Shown here piece by piece: positions 29,682 to 37,769 of a DNA stretch of 42,138 nt. The stretch's first letter is position 1. Every line of letters begins with the position of its first letter. The notes beneath the pieces were generated by a model. That model was not told the origin of the DNA. It saw only the letters and a program-made list of their open reading frames with translations, and did no database searches. Source of the stretch: a virus (lineage: Duplodnaviria; Caudoviricetes); IMG/VR virus record IMGVR_UViG_3300014818_000015, positions 1 to 42,138 of that record; one strand, 5' to 3'. The position numbers were made by a program, and so were the translations under genes.

Positions 29682-29829
29682 TTCTCAAACTGCATCATCC
29701 TAAGTTTAGCAACCTCTGCTTGTAACTTCTGAACTTCCAGTCTTTTCTTTGTTAGTTCTCAAACTGCATCATCCTAAGTTTAGCAACCTCTGCTTGTAAC
29801 TTCTGAACTTCCAGTCTTTTCTTTGTTAG
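29682..29829. repeat. Exact 74-bp tandem duplication
   Basis: 29682-29755 equals 29756-29829; TTA(A/G)TTCT microhomology at the junctions. Confidence 0.92.
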
Positions 29830-30162
29830 TTCTAGTTGATATAACGTATTGCAATTAAGTCGTTCTTTTGGTGCACCTATAGGAATAGTTATCTTTGCGT
29901 ACACGCCAATGTCTTTCATGAAATCCTTATTTGAGACATTAGTATCGTTAATATTAGCGTAAGGATCCGATTGGTTAATGACACCCATCACACCAAATTC
30001 TACGTTAGTCGAAGAACCTATTGCCATCCTGCAATCCAATTGACCTGCTCGAATACTATCCGAAGCATAACTTTGAGGACTTGATGGCATCGATAAGTTA
30101 AGGGAGTTGGATTCCCCATACGCCGAAGAACTCATTAACAATAACAACATGATATATCTCAT
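29752..30162 (-). CDS. Exported protein with two Cys and C-terminal coiled coil
   Basis: Signal peptide MRYIMLLLLMSSSAYG. Confidence 0.75.
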   Translation of the reverse strand: MRYIMLLLLMSSSAYGESNSLNLSMPSSPQSYASDSIRAGQLDCRMAIGSSTNVEFGVMGVINQSDPYANINDTNVSNKDFMKDIGVYAKITIPIGAPKERLNCNTLYQLELTKKRLEVQKLQAEVAKLRMMQFEN

Positions 30163-30165
30163 ACA

Positions 30166-30546
30166 TTACTCTTTTATTCTAGAACAAATTCGTGAAGATG
30201 GTATTGCAAGTTTGTTACGCGCAGTCGATATTATTTTAGATTTACTACAGATATACCTTGCACGTGACGCATCCTTTTCTCTTACAAAAATCTCTACTCG
30301 TTTTCGGTCAAGATATTCTAAGTTAGTAACTCTATCGTTAGTGACAAATGGTACACGTTTCCAATTCGTATCATAAACTGACATTTCATAAAAACGTATA
30401 TCCTTTCGTTTATTTAATAACACCATGACTGTTGATACTACGCCATTAACATAAGACGGAGTTAGTTTAGGATACGTTGGTGTCCATTGATGGGCAAAAG
30501 AAGACCCACTAATAGACACCAATAATAATAAAATAACAAACCGCAT
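30166..30546 (-). CDS. Exported protein, possible pilus-chaperone-like Ig fold
   Basis: Signal peptide ending SFA; alternating beta pattern; C-terminal Cys pair (YICSKS...RICSRI). The fold is inferred. Confidence 0.6.
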   Translation of the reverse strand: MRFVILLLLVSISGSSFAHQWTPTYPKLTPSYVNGVVSTVMVLLNKRKDIRFYEMSVYDTNWKRVPFVTNDRVTNLEYLDRKRVEIFVREKDASRARYICSKSKIISTARNKLAIPSSRICSRIKE

Positions 30547-31049
30547 TACTTAGCAATACACTCAGTTTCTATCGTAGCACGATATGTACCACCAGGAAAA
30601 GATTTACCGTAACCGTATGTTGCGGTAGAACCAACCTTGAACCATGCGCTGCCAGATAGAGTCAAATCAAACTCAGTAACATTTTCATACTGAACCTTAC
30701 TTGTTTCAAAAACTGACATTGTGGTGTCTGACATTTCTACTAACTCAGCAGAACCAGTCCAGTTAACTACATCATTCAGTGCTGGCGATGTAGTAAAATC
30801 TATAGGGTATGATATCACACCTTTATAAGTAGACCCTTCGAGTATATCAAAACGGATCAGTGGCATAACACCACCATCGGCAGGTAATGTACTTAACACG
30901 TCTGTTGTTGGGTTACCGTAGACACCTTGGGAGTCAGTTGTAATGACACATTTAGATTCTATGTTACCCGTGATTTGAGTACCAGCTGAAGCGGTCATTG
31001 CTGAATTTGCAAGTAACATTGCACTTAGTACGACTAGTTTTTTGAACAT
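30546..31049 (-). CDS. Exported protein, possible fimbrial/pilin-like subunit
   Basis: Signal peptide ending ASA; ITGNIESKC near the N-terminus and PGGTYRATIETEC at the C-terminus, reminiscent of chaperone-usher pilins. Confidence 0.6.
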   Translation of the reverse strand: MFKKLVVLSAMLLANSAMTASAGTQITGNIESKCVITTDSQGVYGNPTTDVLSTLPADGGVMPLIRFDILEGSTYKGVISYPIDFTTSPALNDVVNWTGSAELVEMSDTTMSVFETSKVQYENVTEFDLTLSGSAWFKVGSTATYGYGKSFPGGTYRATIETECIAK

Positions 31050-31073
31050 ATTATGTTCCTCTTATTATGGTTA

Positions 31074-31955
31074 TTACGGGTTATCATACTGTAATTCAAC
31101 TAATTGATTATGTAATAATTGTTGTGCAAGACCCACTCGTTTTGCTTTCTTACTACTTGGTAGTTTCCCATCATCCAACGTAATGGTTTCGTTATAGTGT
31201 CCCCCATCTATCGAACCTGTGTATGACGTTGGTATAATACTTAACGCCATTAATTCTGCGTGTGTTTGTTCAGCATTCGAATCCATTGATAATGCGTTAC
31301 CATTAACACTTAATGCGAGTTCAAGTCTTAATTGTCGCACTTTTCGCACTTTATTACGGATAGATTTTTTACGATCTATCTCATTTTGTTCTTCGTCTTC
31401 CAATTCATCATATTCATTGCTAGTCGATGAATCAACTAAAGCCGATTCAGCATCAAGGAAACTCAAATCAACTTCATATATGTCTGGCATTGGTTGTACA
31501 TATCCAACACAGCTAGGACTTGTCTGCGGATCGAAACATGGATCGAACTTATAGTTGTAAACGACTCGTGCATTTTCTACAGCACCAGTACCTTCGACAA
31601 CAATAGAACCATCACCCCATCTATCAATAAGTACATTAGGTACCGGAACAATTTTATTTATGGTATTACTTGGTTTACCACTCCAATCATCCTTTTCACG
31701 AAAGATGTAACCAGTACCAGCTGCATCTTCGTTCTGCACATAAACAACCATATCATCTTCTGTCTTCTTTACAGTAGAATAACGGTATACCACACTAGAC
31801 ACCTCTAACCCTAATTGTTGAGGTAGTATGTTCTGCATGACCCAGTTATAACCTACATCCGACTTGTTTGTCGTATTTCCGTAGATTGTATCAGAGTAAG
31901 AGTAGAAGGAGTAAGACGCTAGCAACACCAGCCAAACTCCAAGTAGTTTTCTCAT
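31074..31955 (-). CDS. Exported hypothetical protein
   Basis: Probable start ATG 31955 gives signal peptide MRKLLGVWLVLLASYSFYSYS; beta-rich N-domain, DPCFDPQTSPSC motif, acidic linker. Confidence 0.75.
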   Translation of the reverse strand: MRKLLGVWLVLLASYSFYSYSDTIYGNTTNKSDVGYNWVMQNILPQQLGLEVSSVVYRYSTVKKTEDDMVVYVQNEDAAGTGYIFREKDDWSGKPSNTINKIVPVPNVLIDRWGDGSIVVEGTGAVENARVVYNYKFDPCFDPQTSPSCVGYVQPMPDIYEVDLSFLDAESALVDSSTSNEYDELEDEEQNEIDRKKSIRNKVRKVRQLRLELALSVNGNALSMDSNAEQTHAELMALSIIPTSYTGSIDGGHYNETITLDDGKLPSSKKAKRVGLAQQLLHNQLVELQYDNP

Positions 31956-32460
31956 CTTTAGTAGCCTCTTTATCTTTTTCAGTCTCAGGGAGTTTATTGC
32001 CACTTGCTATATGATTCTGCCATCCAAGTTTTGCTGCTTCACCAATCAGTCCATCATATGGACAAGGGGTACCAGCATTCATCATAGCATCAAATACACG
32101 TTGATCTTGACACATAACTGACACAGCAGCAACCTTCATACCCATATCATATAGGGTCTTAGCGTTCTTTAGTTTTTCACAGTTGTAGTCAGTAAATTGT
32201 GTACCCATAGACATACCGAGGATTTGTGTCTGTACAGCACCGGAGATACCGAACGTACACAGATCAGAATTCGATGTGTTTATTGTAGGTGATATAGCTG
32301 ACGGTGGCGGAGACTTCAATGTCGTCGTAGTACTTGATTGTGTGGTGACTTTACTATCGGTGACTGAATCTGTGCGGATCGTATCATCAACAACGGTTTC
32401 AGCAAAACCCAATGAACATGTCACTAACGTAATAAATAAAAGTATGGCTCTCAAAAACAT
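31891..32460 (-). CDS. Exported Cys-rich protein with C-terminal membrane anchor
   Basis: Signal peptide, Thr-rich linker, PPPSAISP, four Cys in the mature part, C-terminal hydrophobic tail; GAGG RBS. Confidence 0.8.
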   Translation of the reverse strand: MFLRAILLFITLVTCSLGFAETVVDDTIRTDSVTDSKVTTQSSTTTTLKSPPPSAISPTINTSNSDLCTFGISGAVQTQILGMSMGTQFTDYNCEKLKNAKTLYDMGMKVAAVSVMCQDQRVFDAMMNAGTPCPYDGLIGEAAKLGWQNHIASGNKLPETEKDKEATKDEKTTWSLAGVASVLLLLLLL

Positions 32461-32502
32461 TATATTATCCTCTCAATTAAAATTATACATGGATGTGTCT
32501 AT

Positions 32503-32510
32503 TATTTATA
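32503..32510 (-). promoter_or_regulatory. Late promoter TATAAATA heading the six-gene exported-protein operon
   Basis: Exact consensus immediately after the phaZ stop. Confidence 0.75.
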
Positions 32511-33710
32511 CTAATCGTTATGCTTATTAATAAACTCAGTAATACTAGGTGCGATCTTTTCACTGAAAGCAGAGCCACTAAAAGTACCAAAGTGACCCAC
32601 ACCATCAAAAACTTCATGCAACTTATCTTGCTTTGGAATATTAGAACATAAAGATTGTGCTGCTTCGGTTTGCCCTAATGCACAAATATCATCATTTTTT
32701 CCTTCAATGGTATGTAACGGAGTATTCTTTATTGCCGATAAATCCACTAGTTCGCCTTTGTAAGTCATCTTATCATTGGCTAAATCTTGATTAAGAAAAA
32801 CACGGTCAATAGTTTCTATATAGAAGTCAGCATCAAGATCTAACACTGCTAAGTATTCGTCATAGAACTTACGATGTTTAATACAGTCATCCTCTTTTCC
32901 ATGATAAACATGGCCAATATAATCATTATGTTTCTTTATATGGCTTTCTATATTCATTGATAAGAACGATGATAACTGAACGAATCCCGGATATACTTTT
33001 CTTCCTGCACCAGGATAGCGATCAGGCACTGTCATAATTACGTTGTTTTCAAACCAGCTTAAATCTTTATCACTGGCATATCTATTGAGATCATTGGGGT
33101 TAATACTTGTATCAATAGGACCTGCGATTAGAGTAAGAGATTTAGGTGCACATTTATCTTTAGCTTTAGCCATTACAGCGGTTGCTATTAGAGCTTGTAC
33201 AGTTGGTTGACATACAGCAAGTATATGGGTATCTTCACCAATGACATGCATAAAATCTATAATATAACTTACGTAATCATCAAAACCGAACGTGCCTTCA
33301 GATAATGGAACATGCTTAGCATCTAACCAATCAGTAAGGTAAACGTCATGGTCTGTAACTAAACGTTCTATCGTAGCTTTTAACAATGTTGCATGATGAC
33401 CAGAAAGTGGTGCAATTATTAATAATTTAGGACGTTGAATATCATCATCTTGTTTGAAGTGTATTAGGTTACAGAAAGGCTTTGTCGCAATAATCTGTTC
33501 ATCAACTAATACACTTGTAATGTCAAACGGTTGTTTGTCGTAAACTTTAGTGTGATGGAATGCTGTGTCAAGCGCAGCACCGATGCCTTTACCGAGTGGA
33601 GTCTTCTCGTATGGATTATATGGATTACTCAATACTGTTTGACTTAATCCAATAACCCCATTAATTAGTTCTGCTGAACGGCTATAAAGATCGTAAGTTT
33701 TGTATATCAT
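32511..33710 (-). CDS. phaZ: Intracellular polyhydroxyalkanoate (PHB) depolymerase
   Basis: APLSGHHATLL, DVYLTDW.DA, AVCQP (catalytic Cys box), GRKVYPGFVQL, FYDEYLAVLDL, EGKNDDI, GVGHFGTFSG: the full motif set of the PhaZa/PHB_depo_C family. Confidence 0.93.
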   Translation of the reverse strand: MIYKTYDLYSRSAELINGVIGLSQTVLSNPYNPYEKTPLGKGIGAALDTAFHHTKVYDKQPFDITSVLVDEQIIATKPFCNLIHFKQDDDIQRPKLLIIAPLSGHHATLLKATIERLVTDHDVYLTDWLDAKHVPLSEGTFGFDDYVSYIIDFMHVIGEDTHILAVCQPTVQALIATAVMAKAKDKCAPKSLTLIAGPIDTSINPNDLNRYASDKDLSWFENNVIMTVPDRYPGAGRKVYPGFVQLSSFLSMNIESHIKKHNDYIGHVYHGKEDDCIKHRKFYDEYLAVLDLDADFYIETIDRVFLNQDLANDKMTYKGELVDLSAIKNTPLHTIEGKNDDICALGQTEAAQSLCSNIPKQDKLHEVFDGVGHFGTFSGSAFSEKIAPSITEFINKHND

Positions 33711-33736
33711 ATGTTTCTTATGCCATGTTATTGAGA

Positions 33737-34180
33737 TTAAAGATTTTCAAGTCTTTCCATAAGTCTTTCGGCTCTATTGCCAACTTGGCGGAACCAAATG
33801 CTATCTCTACCTTCAGGTGCAGCACCAGACCAATTTCCTTCTAGGATATTTTTATTAAAATTCTTGAACTTAGTTAAGCGCGGACGACCAAGATTGAATA
33901 ACATGTTAACAAGTACTTCTTGAACAGCACCAGGGAAACCTTCCCATGCTTCACCATATAGTACCACACATTCTGAGATTGCAGTATCAAGGTCTTTTTC
34001 GAAACACTCTCTGACTCTTTCTTCAGATACTTCGGTGCCAACATCTTGACCAAACTCTGCATCTTTTTCAAGAACTAAATGGCCTACACCAAATGTGGCG
34101 TATCCAAGATGGTCTTCGTAGATGGCATATACAACGCCTTCGTCAATTTTTAACTGTTCGTAAATACTTTCGCGATTCAT
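33737..34180 (-). CDS. Lysozyme / endolysin (T4 e-like, GH24)
   Basis: LKIDEG...IYEDHLGYATFGVGHL, NMLFNLG, DS.WFRQVGNRAERL. Confidence 0.92.
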   Translation of the reverse strand: MNRESIYEQLKIDEGVVYAIYEDHLGYATFGVGHLVLEKDAEFGQDVGTEVSEERVRECFEKDLDTAISECVVLYGEAWEGFPGAVQEVLVNMLFNLGRPRLTKFKNFNKNILEGNWSGAAPEGRDSIWFRQVGNRAERLMERLENL

Positions 34181-34446
34181 TACTTTATAATTCCTGTTAT
34201 TAGATTTTCAAATTGTTCTATCTTAGCAACTCTGTTAGGCCAGAGAATATATTCTTTCTCCGGATTCTTTTTTAAATTACTGAGCAACGGTAGTATGGAG
34301 TTATATAGCTTATTCAACTTATCCTCCAATTCCGCTGATCTGGACTGCTCTGTGATAATGGATTCTGTTGAATTCTGAACAGCTTCGAGCTCGTTCTCGT
34401 CGACCGCGGTGAATCCAAAATCAAAGTCTAGTAGATCTTCTGCCAT
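34180..34446 (-). CDS. Conserved hypothetical protein upstream of lysozyme
   Basis: DFDFGFTAVDE..L and PLL.NLKKNPEKEYILWPNR motifs. Confidence 0.8.
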   Translation of the reverse strand: MAEDLLDFDFGFTAVDENELEAVQNSTESIITEQSRSAELEDKLNKLYNSILPLLSNLKKNPEKEYILWPNRVAKIEQFENLITGIIK

Positions 34447-34468
34447 ACCTATATTCCTCTTATGATCT

Positions 34469-34476
34469 TATTTATA
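34469..34476 (-). promoter_or_regulatory. Late promoter TATAAATA for hypothetical-lysozyme-phaZ
   Basis: Exact consensus 22 nt before the ATG. Confidence 0.78.
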
Positions 34477-34510
34477 CTTATTAGAACTGGCATATGAGTA
34501 TATTTTACTC

Positions 34511-34738
34511 CTATAGCACCATTGCGATTATGTTGATAGCCTGAATGAAATCAGACTTAAGCTGGATGTCATCACCTTGATCTGCAATAGCATCTGTACG
34601 AACTATATCTTCTAACAGTTCTTTATACTCTGACTGGGTCAATTCATTTGCAGTGTACATGGATTCCAGCTGCACCGCGAGCAGAGCTTTTTCACTTACC
34701 CAGGAATCCGTCGATTGATCTATATATTTGTTTAACAT
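34511..34738 (-). CDS. Small hypothetical protein
   Basis: 75-aa ORF directly following the lipoprotein gene. Confidence 0.7.
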   Translation of the reverse strand: MLNKYIDQSTDSWVSEKALLAVQLESMYTANELTQSEYKELLEDIVRTDAIADQGDDIQLKSDFIQAINIIAMVL

Positions 34739-34740
34739 GT

Positions 34741-35100
34741 TTAGAACCTTCCCATAATAGCAGCAGTAACATCACTGCTTTGTTTAATTAATAACTTCTT
34801 CTTTATGATACAATAACCGTTTGATACTGTCGTCTTAGAGTAGAACCCATCAACCGTCTTGCTCATAAGACTAACCATAAGACTGATGTCTTCAGATCCT
34901 TTACCCTTCGCATATAGTTTTAACCAATCTACTTTCTGTTTAACCATACGTATATCGTTCATGTAATCCTGCGCACAGTTTAAACTTCCAACATAGTATT
35001 GCACGTCGATAGTTGCTTTGGATTCATTGTCATCGTAGAATGATGGTACGGTCATAGAGCAACCGGTTAACATGATTGATAGTAGGAGGATTTTGTACAT
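34741..35100 (-). CDS. Lipoprotein
   Basis: Signal peptide with LTGC lipobox. Confidence 0.8.
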   Translation of the reverse strand: MYKILLLSIMLTGCSMTVPSFYDDNESKATIDVQYYVGSLNCAQDYMNDIRMVKQKVDWLKLYAKGKGSEDISLMVSLMSKTVDGFYSKTTVSNGYCIIKKKLLIKQSSDVTAAIMGRF

Positions 35101-35144
35101 AAAAAAATACCTTTAAAGTTATATAAGACTTAAAGGTATTTATG
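35101..35144 (-). promoter_or_regulatory. 12-bp hairpin covering the RBS (or terminator) with embedded late-like promoter CATAAATA
   Basis: AAATACCTTTAA / TTAAAGGTATTT perfect stem, 13-nt loop, T-run, then ATG. Confidence 0.65.
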
Positions 35145-35153
35145 CTCGTAAGG

Positions 35154-35228
35154 TGGAGCGAGTTGAGAGGATCGAACTCTCATCAAAAGGTTGGAAACCT
35201 CTTATAATAGCCATTATACGAAACTCGC
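35154..35228 (-). tRNA. tRNA-Gly(TCC)
   Basis: GCGAGTT acceptor stem, anticodon loop TTTCCAA, GTTCGAT T-loop, encoded CCA. Confidence 0.93.
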
Positions 35229-35234
35229 TAAATG

Positions 35235-35311
35235 TGGCGGAGTGGACGGGACTCGAACCCGCGACCTCTTGCGTGACAGGCAAGCATTCTAACCAACTGA
35301 ACTACCACTCC
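35235..35311 (-). tRNA. tRNA-Asp(GTC)
   Basis: GGAGTGG acceptor stem, CTGTCAC loop, GTTCGAG, encoded CCA. Confidence 0.95.
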
Positions 35312-35339
35312 GTAAAACTTTTTCTTATTGTATATATGT

Positions 35340-35412
35340 CTCCTCAACCTGGACTTGAACCAGGGACAAACGGATTAACAGTCCGTTGCTCTACCAACTG
35401 AGCTATTGAGGA
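35340..35412 (-). tRNA. tRNA-Asn(GTT), CCA not encoded (ACA instead)
   Basis: TCCTCAA acceptor stem, CTGTTAA loop, GTTCAAG T-loop. Confidence 0.93.
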
Positions 35413-35436
35413 ATAAACTTTTTCTTATTGTATATA

Positions 35437-35513
35437 TGGCACATCCTGCAGGACTCGAACCTGCTACCTACGGGTTAGAAACCCGTTGCTCTATCCAGAT
35501 GAGCTAAGGATGC
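35437..35513 (-). tRNA. tRNA-Arg(TCT)
   Basis: GCATCCT acceptor stem, ACGGG-TTTCTAA-CCCGT anticodon arm, encoded CCA. Confidence 0.93.
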
Positions 35514-35518
35514 ATGTT

Positions 35519-35707
35519 TTATTTATATCTTATTTTCTCTATCAATTCGTTGTAATCACCTTCGCCATTCTTGATAATTACATTAAGTCTACTAATAAAC
35601 GAGTTTGCATATTCACAACCGCATTCACTACACTCTAACCAGAATAACTCAGGTAACTCAAATTTGATTGTGGTAACACATTCTTCGTCACATAGTGGAC
35701 ATGTCAT
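35519..35707 (-). CDS. Small zinc-ribbon protein
   Basis: CPLC and CSEC motifs. Confidence 0.65.
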   Translation of the reverse strand: MTCPLCDEECVTTIKFELPELFWLECSECGCEYANSFISRLNVIIKNGEGDYNELIEKIRYK

Positions 35708-35708
35708 T

Positions 35709-36287
35709 TTATTCCCCTACTATGTGTTTATATATTTCTTTCCATTTCCAATAACGTGGAATATCACCTTCGTAATATGCGTTATGATCATGTGCAAGTA
35801 TTATAGAATTAAGTCCGAATGATGCTCCAATTTCAGCATTCTCAGGTTTATCTTCTATCCAGTAACATTCGGTATCTTCGTATTTAGCTAAGACTTCGGT
35901 TTTATCTGCACCACATCCTAGGTAAACATACTCATCAAATATACCTTCACCAAATAACAATTCAAGGTTTTGTGTTCTAAGCCGTTGAGCGTATTTGTTA
36001 ACACTTAACGATGTTATACAATGGAATCTATAACCGTGTAACATATTGAGGCGTTTCATGTAATAGACAGCATCACGTAAAGGTGGTAAGAAACCGATAG
36101 CTGCTGAGTTATTAAACTCTTCGACTAAGTCTTTACCATACTCTCTAGAGATACCGAATCGAACATCAACGTTATATTGTTGATCATCTATTGTTGGAAA
36201 GCCTTTATGATTCATCCATTGTGTAAATGAGTATTCCCAATCACATAGTACACCATCACAGTCTACTAATATTATATTATCTTTCAA
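35709..36287 (-). CDS. HAD-family phosphatase / 5'(3')-deoxyribonucleotidase-like
   Basis: LVDCDGVL motif I, CITS, K, WIEDKPEN; TTG start with AGGAG. Confidence 0.85.
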   Translation of the reverse strand: MKDNIILVDCDGVLCDWEYSFTQWMNHKGFPTIDDQQYNVDVRFGISREYGKDLVEEFNNSAAIGFLPPLRDAVYYMKRLNMLHGYRFHCITSLSVNKYAQRLRTQNLELLFGEGIFDEYVYLGCGADKTEVLAKYEDTECYWIEDKPENAEIGASFGLNSIILAHDHNAYYEGDIPRYWKWKEIYKHIVGE

Positions 36288-36319
36288 TTGATCTTTACTC
36301 CTTATTTATTTATGAGACC

Positions 36320-36348
36320 ATTATACCATACTAATTATCTTTTGTATA
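36320..36348 (-). promoter_or_regulatory. Early promoter (HAD gene and tRNA cluster)
   Basis: GTATACA-17 bp-TATAAT with TG. Confidence 0.75.
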
Positions 36349-36378
36349 CCTTTATTTTACTTTTATTTAGATCGATCG

Positions 36379-36394
36379 GTTATAAGCTTATAAC
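36379..36394. promoter_or_regulatory. Perfect 16-bp palindrome GTTATAAGCTTATAAC upstream of an early promoter
   Basis: Seen directly; a related copy lies at 28556-28568. Confidence 0.55.
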
Positions 36395-36397
36395 ATT

Positions 36398-37513
36398 TTA
36401 ATCATTTCTCTCGCCAACACCCCAGTCTATAACAACAGGGAATCGTGGTATACCATCAGGGGTTAATGCAAAGTAACGTAGTGTACACCAAGTAGGTACT
36501 ACACCGCTATTCAATAGATCTCCAAGTACCTTTAATGTACCACGTACACCGGAACCAAATTTAACACCATCTTCAGTAGCTAAGATGAATCGTTTAACAG
36601 TTCCTGACCAGTTACCTAAACCTTCTTCTACTCCGATAACCTTATACTCTTCAGTGATAAACTCCTTACGTTTAATAAGAAACTTAGACCTTTTGTTCTG
36701 TTGGTAAACATCATTAGCACGTATCATCTGACCTTCAAATCCATCTTGAAGATAGCTTCCGTATAGATCATCCATAGTCTTTAGATCCGGAACATCTGAT
36801 GTCTCAACGACCTTTACATAGTCACACTTAACGTTTGAGTTGATCCATTCGTATCGTTCCGTAAAGACCATAGGCTCATTAGTAATCATATCGTATACGT
36901 GATACTCTACTAACTCTTTAGACTCTTCAAGGTCTTCAGCAGTAGGTTTAGTCTTACGCACCAATGATGTGATCTTATTGAAGTTGTCTCTCAAGTCATG
37001 GTTATATAGTTCACCGTCGAGGATAACATCAGGGTTGTTTTCGAAGAAGACTTTAAGGTCATCATTAACATGTGGAACACTCACGAGTTCTTTACCGGCT
37101 CTTGTCCATAGACCATTTGCTCTAGCAATACATCTGATGCCGTCTAACTTGGGCTGAGACGAATACTGTACTTTTAAAAAATTATACTTTGCATCTTCAT
37201 GTTTAGAAGCAAGCATTGGTTTAATTTTATCATATGCATCTATGTTGGTAAGAGAGTTAAAATATCCGGACTCAGTCTTCTTTTTAAAGTCTGCGTTCAT
37301 CTCTAATATAGCTTGTTGCTCTAAAGATGTTTCATTTATTTTACCGATGTTCTTTTGAGTAACAGTCTTCCAACCTGATTGTACCTGTTTGCCTTCTTGA
37401 AGACCCGTAATGGTTCTCCATTGGAATTGACTATTGACTTCGCCTTTCCATATACGTACACGACCGTTTGAATCTCGTTTATATAGTACTGATGTTTCTT
37501 CAAGTATATTCAT
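36398..37513 (-). CDS. ATP-dependent DNA ligase
   Basis: PMLA, QPKLDGIRC (KxDG), LDGELY, YHVYD, GFEGQMIR, KRS..LIK.K, G.PRFP. Confidence 0.95.
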   Translation of the reverse strand: MNILEETSVLYKRDSNGRVRIWKGEVNSQFQWRTITGLQEGKQVQSGWKTVTQKNIGKINETSLEQQAILEMNADFKKKTESGYFNSLTNIDAYDKIKPMLASKHEDAKYNFLKVQYSSQPKLDGIRCIARANGLWTRAGKELVSVPHVNDDLKVFFENNPDVILDGELYNHDLRDNFNKITSLVRKTKPTAEDLEESKELVEYHVYDMITNEPMVFTERYEWINSNVKCDYVKVVETSDVPDLKTMDDLYGSYLQDGFEGQMIRANDVYQQNKRSKFLIKRKEFITEEYKVIGVEEGLGNWSGTVKRFILATEDGVKFGSGVRGTLKVLGDLLNSGVVPTWCTLRYFALTPDGIPRFPVVIDWGVGERND

Positions 37514-37568
37514 TATATGTTTCTTCTCATGTTATTAATAGCACTATGTAGTACAATACTGTAGAGTA

Positions 37569-37769
37569 CTATACTTCTCGTGTGATGATTTCACCATCTG
37601 TCATAGAAACAAAGTTACTGTAACCAGCAGGTTCGCGTGATTGGTATTCTATAGTGCCTTTCGGATATGCAGGAACAGTACGAAGGTATGGAACTTCTTG
37701 ACCGATCATATTTGCATACCATTTCATTGGATCATTACATCGTTTAATTAGAATTGTTTTACTCATCAT
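37569..37769 (-). CDS. Hypothetical protein
   Basis: ORF-track gene; likely start MMSKT with GGAG upstream. Confidence 0.65.
   Translation of the reverse strand: MMSKTILIKRCNDPMKWYANMIGQEVPYLRTVPAYPKGTIEYQSREPAGYSNFVSMTDGEIITREV

Noticed and set aside
35153-35401. 82-aa plus-strand ORF
   Set aside because: Antisense to three tRNA genes.
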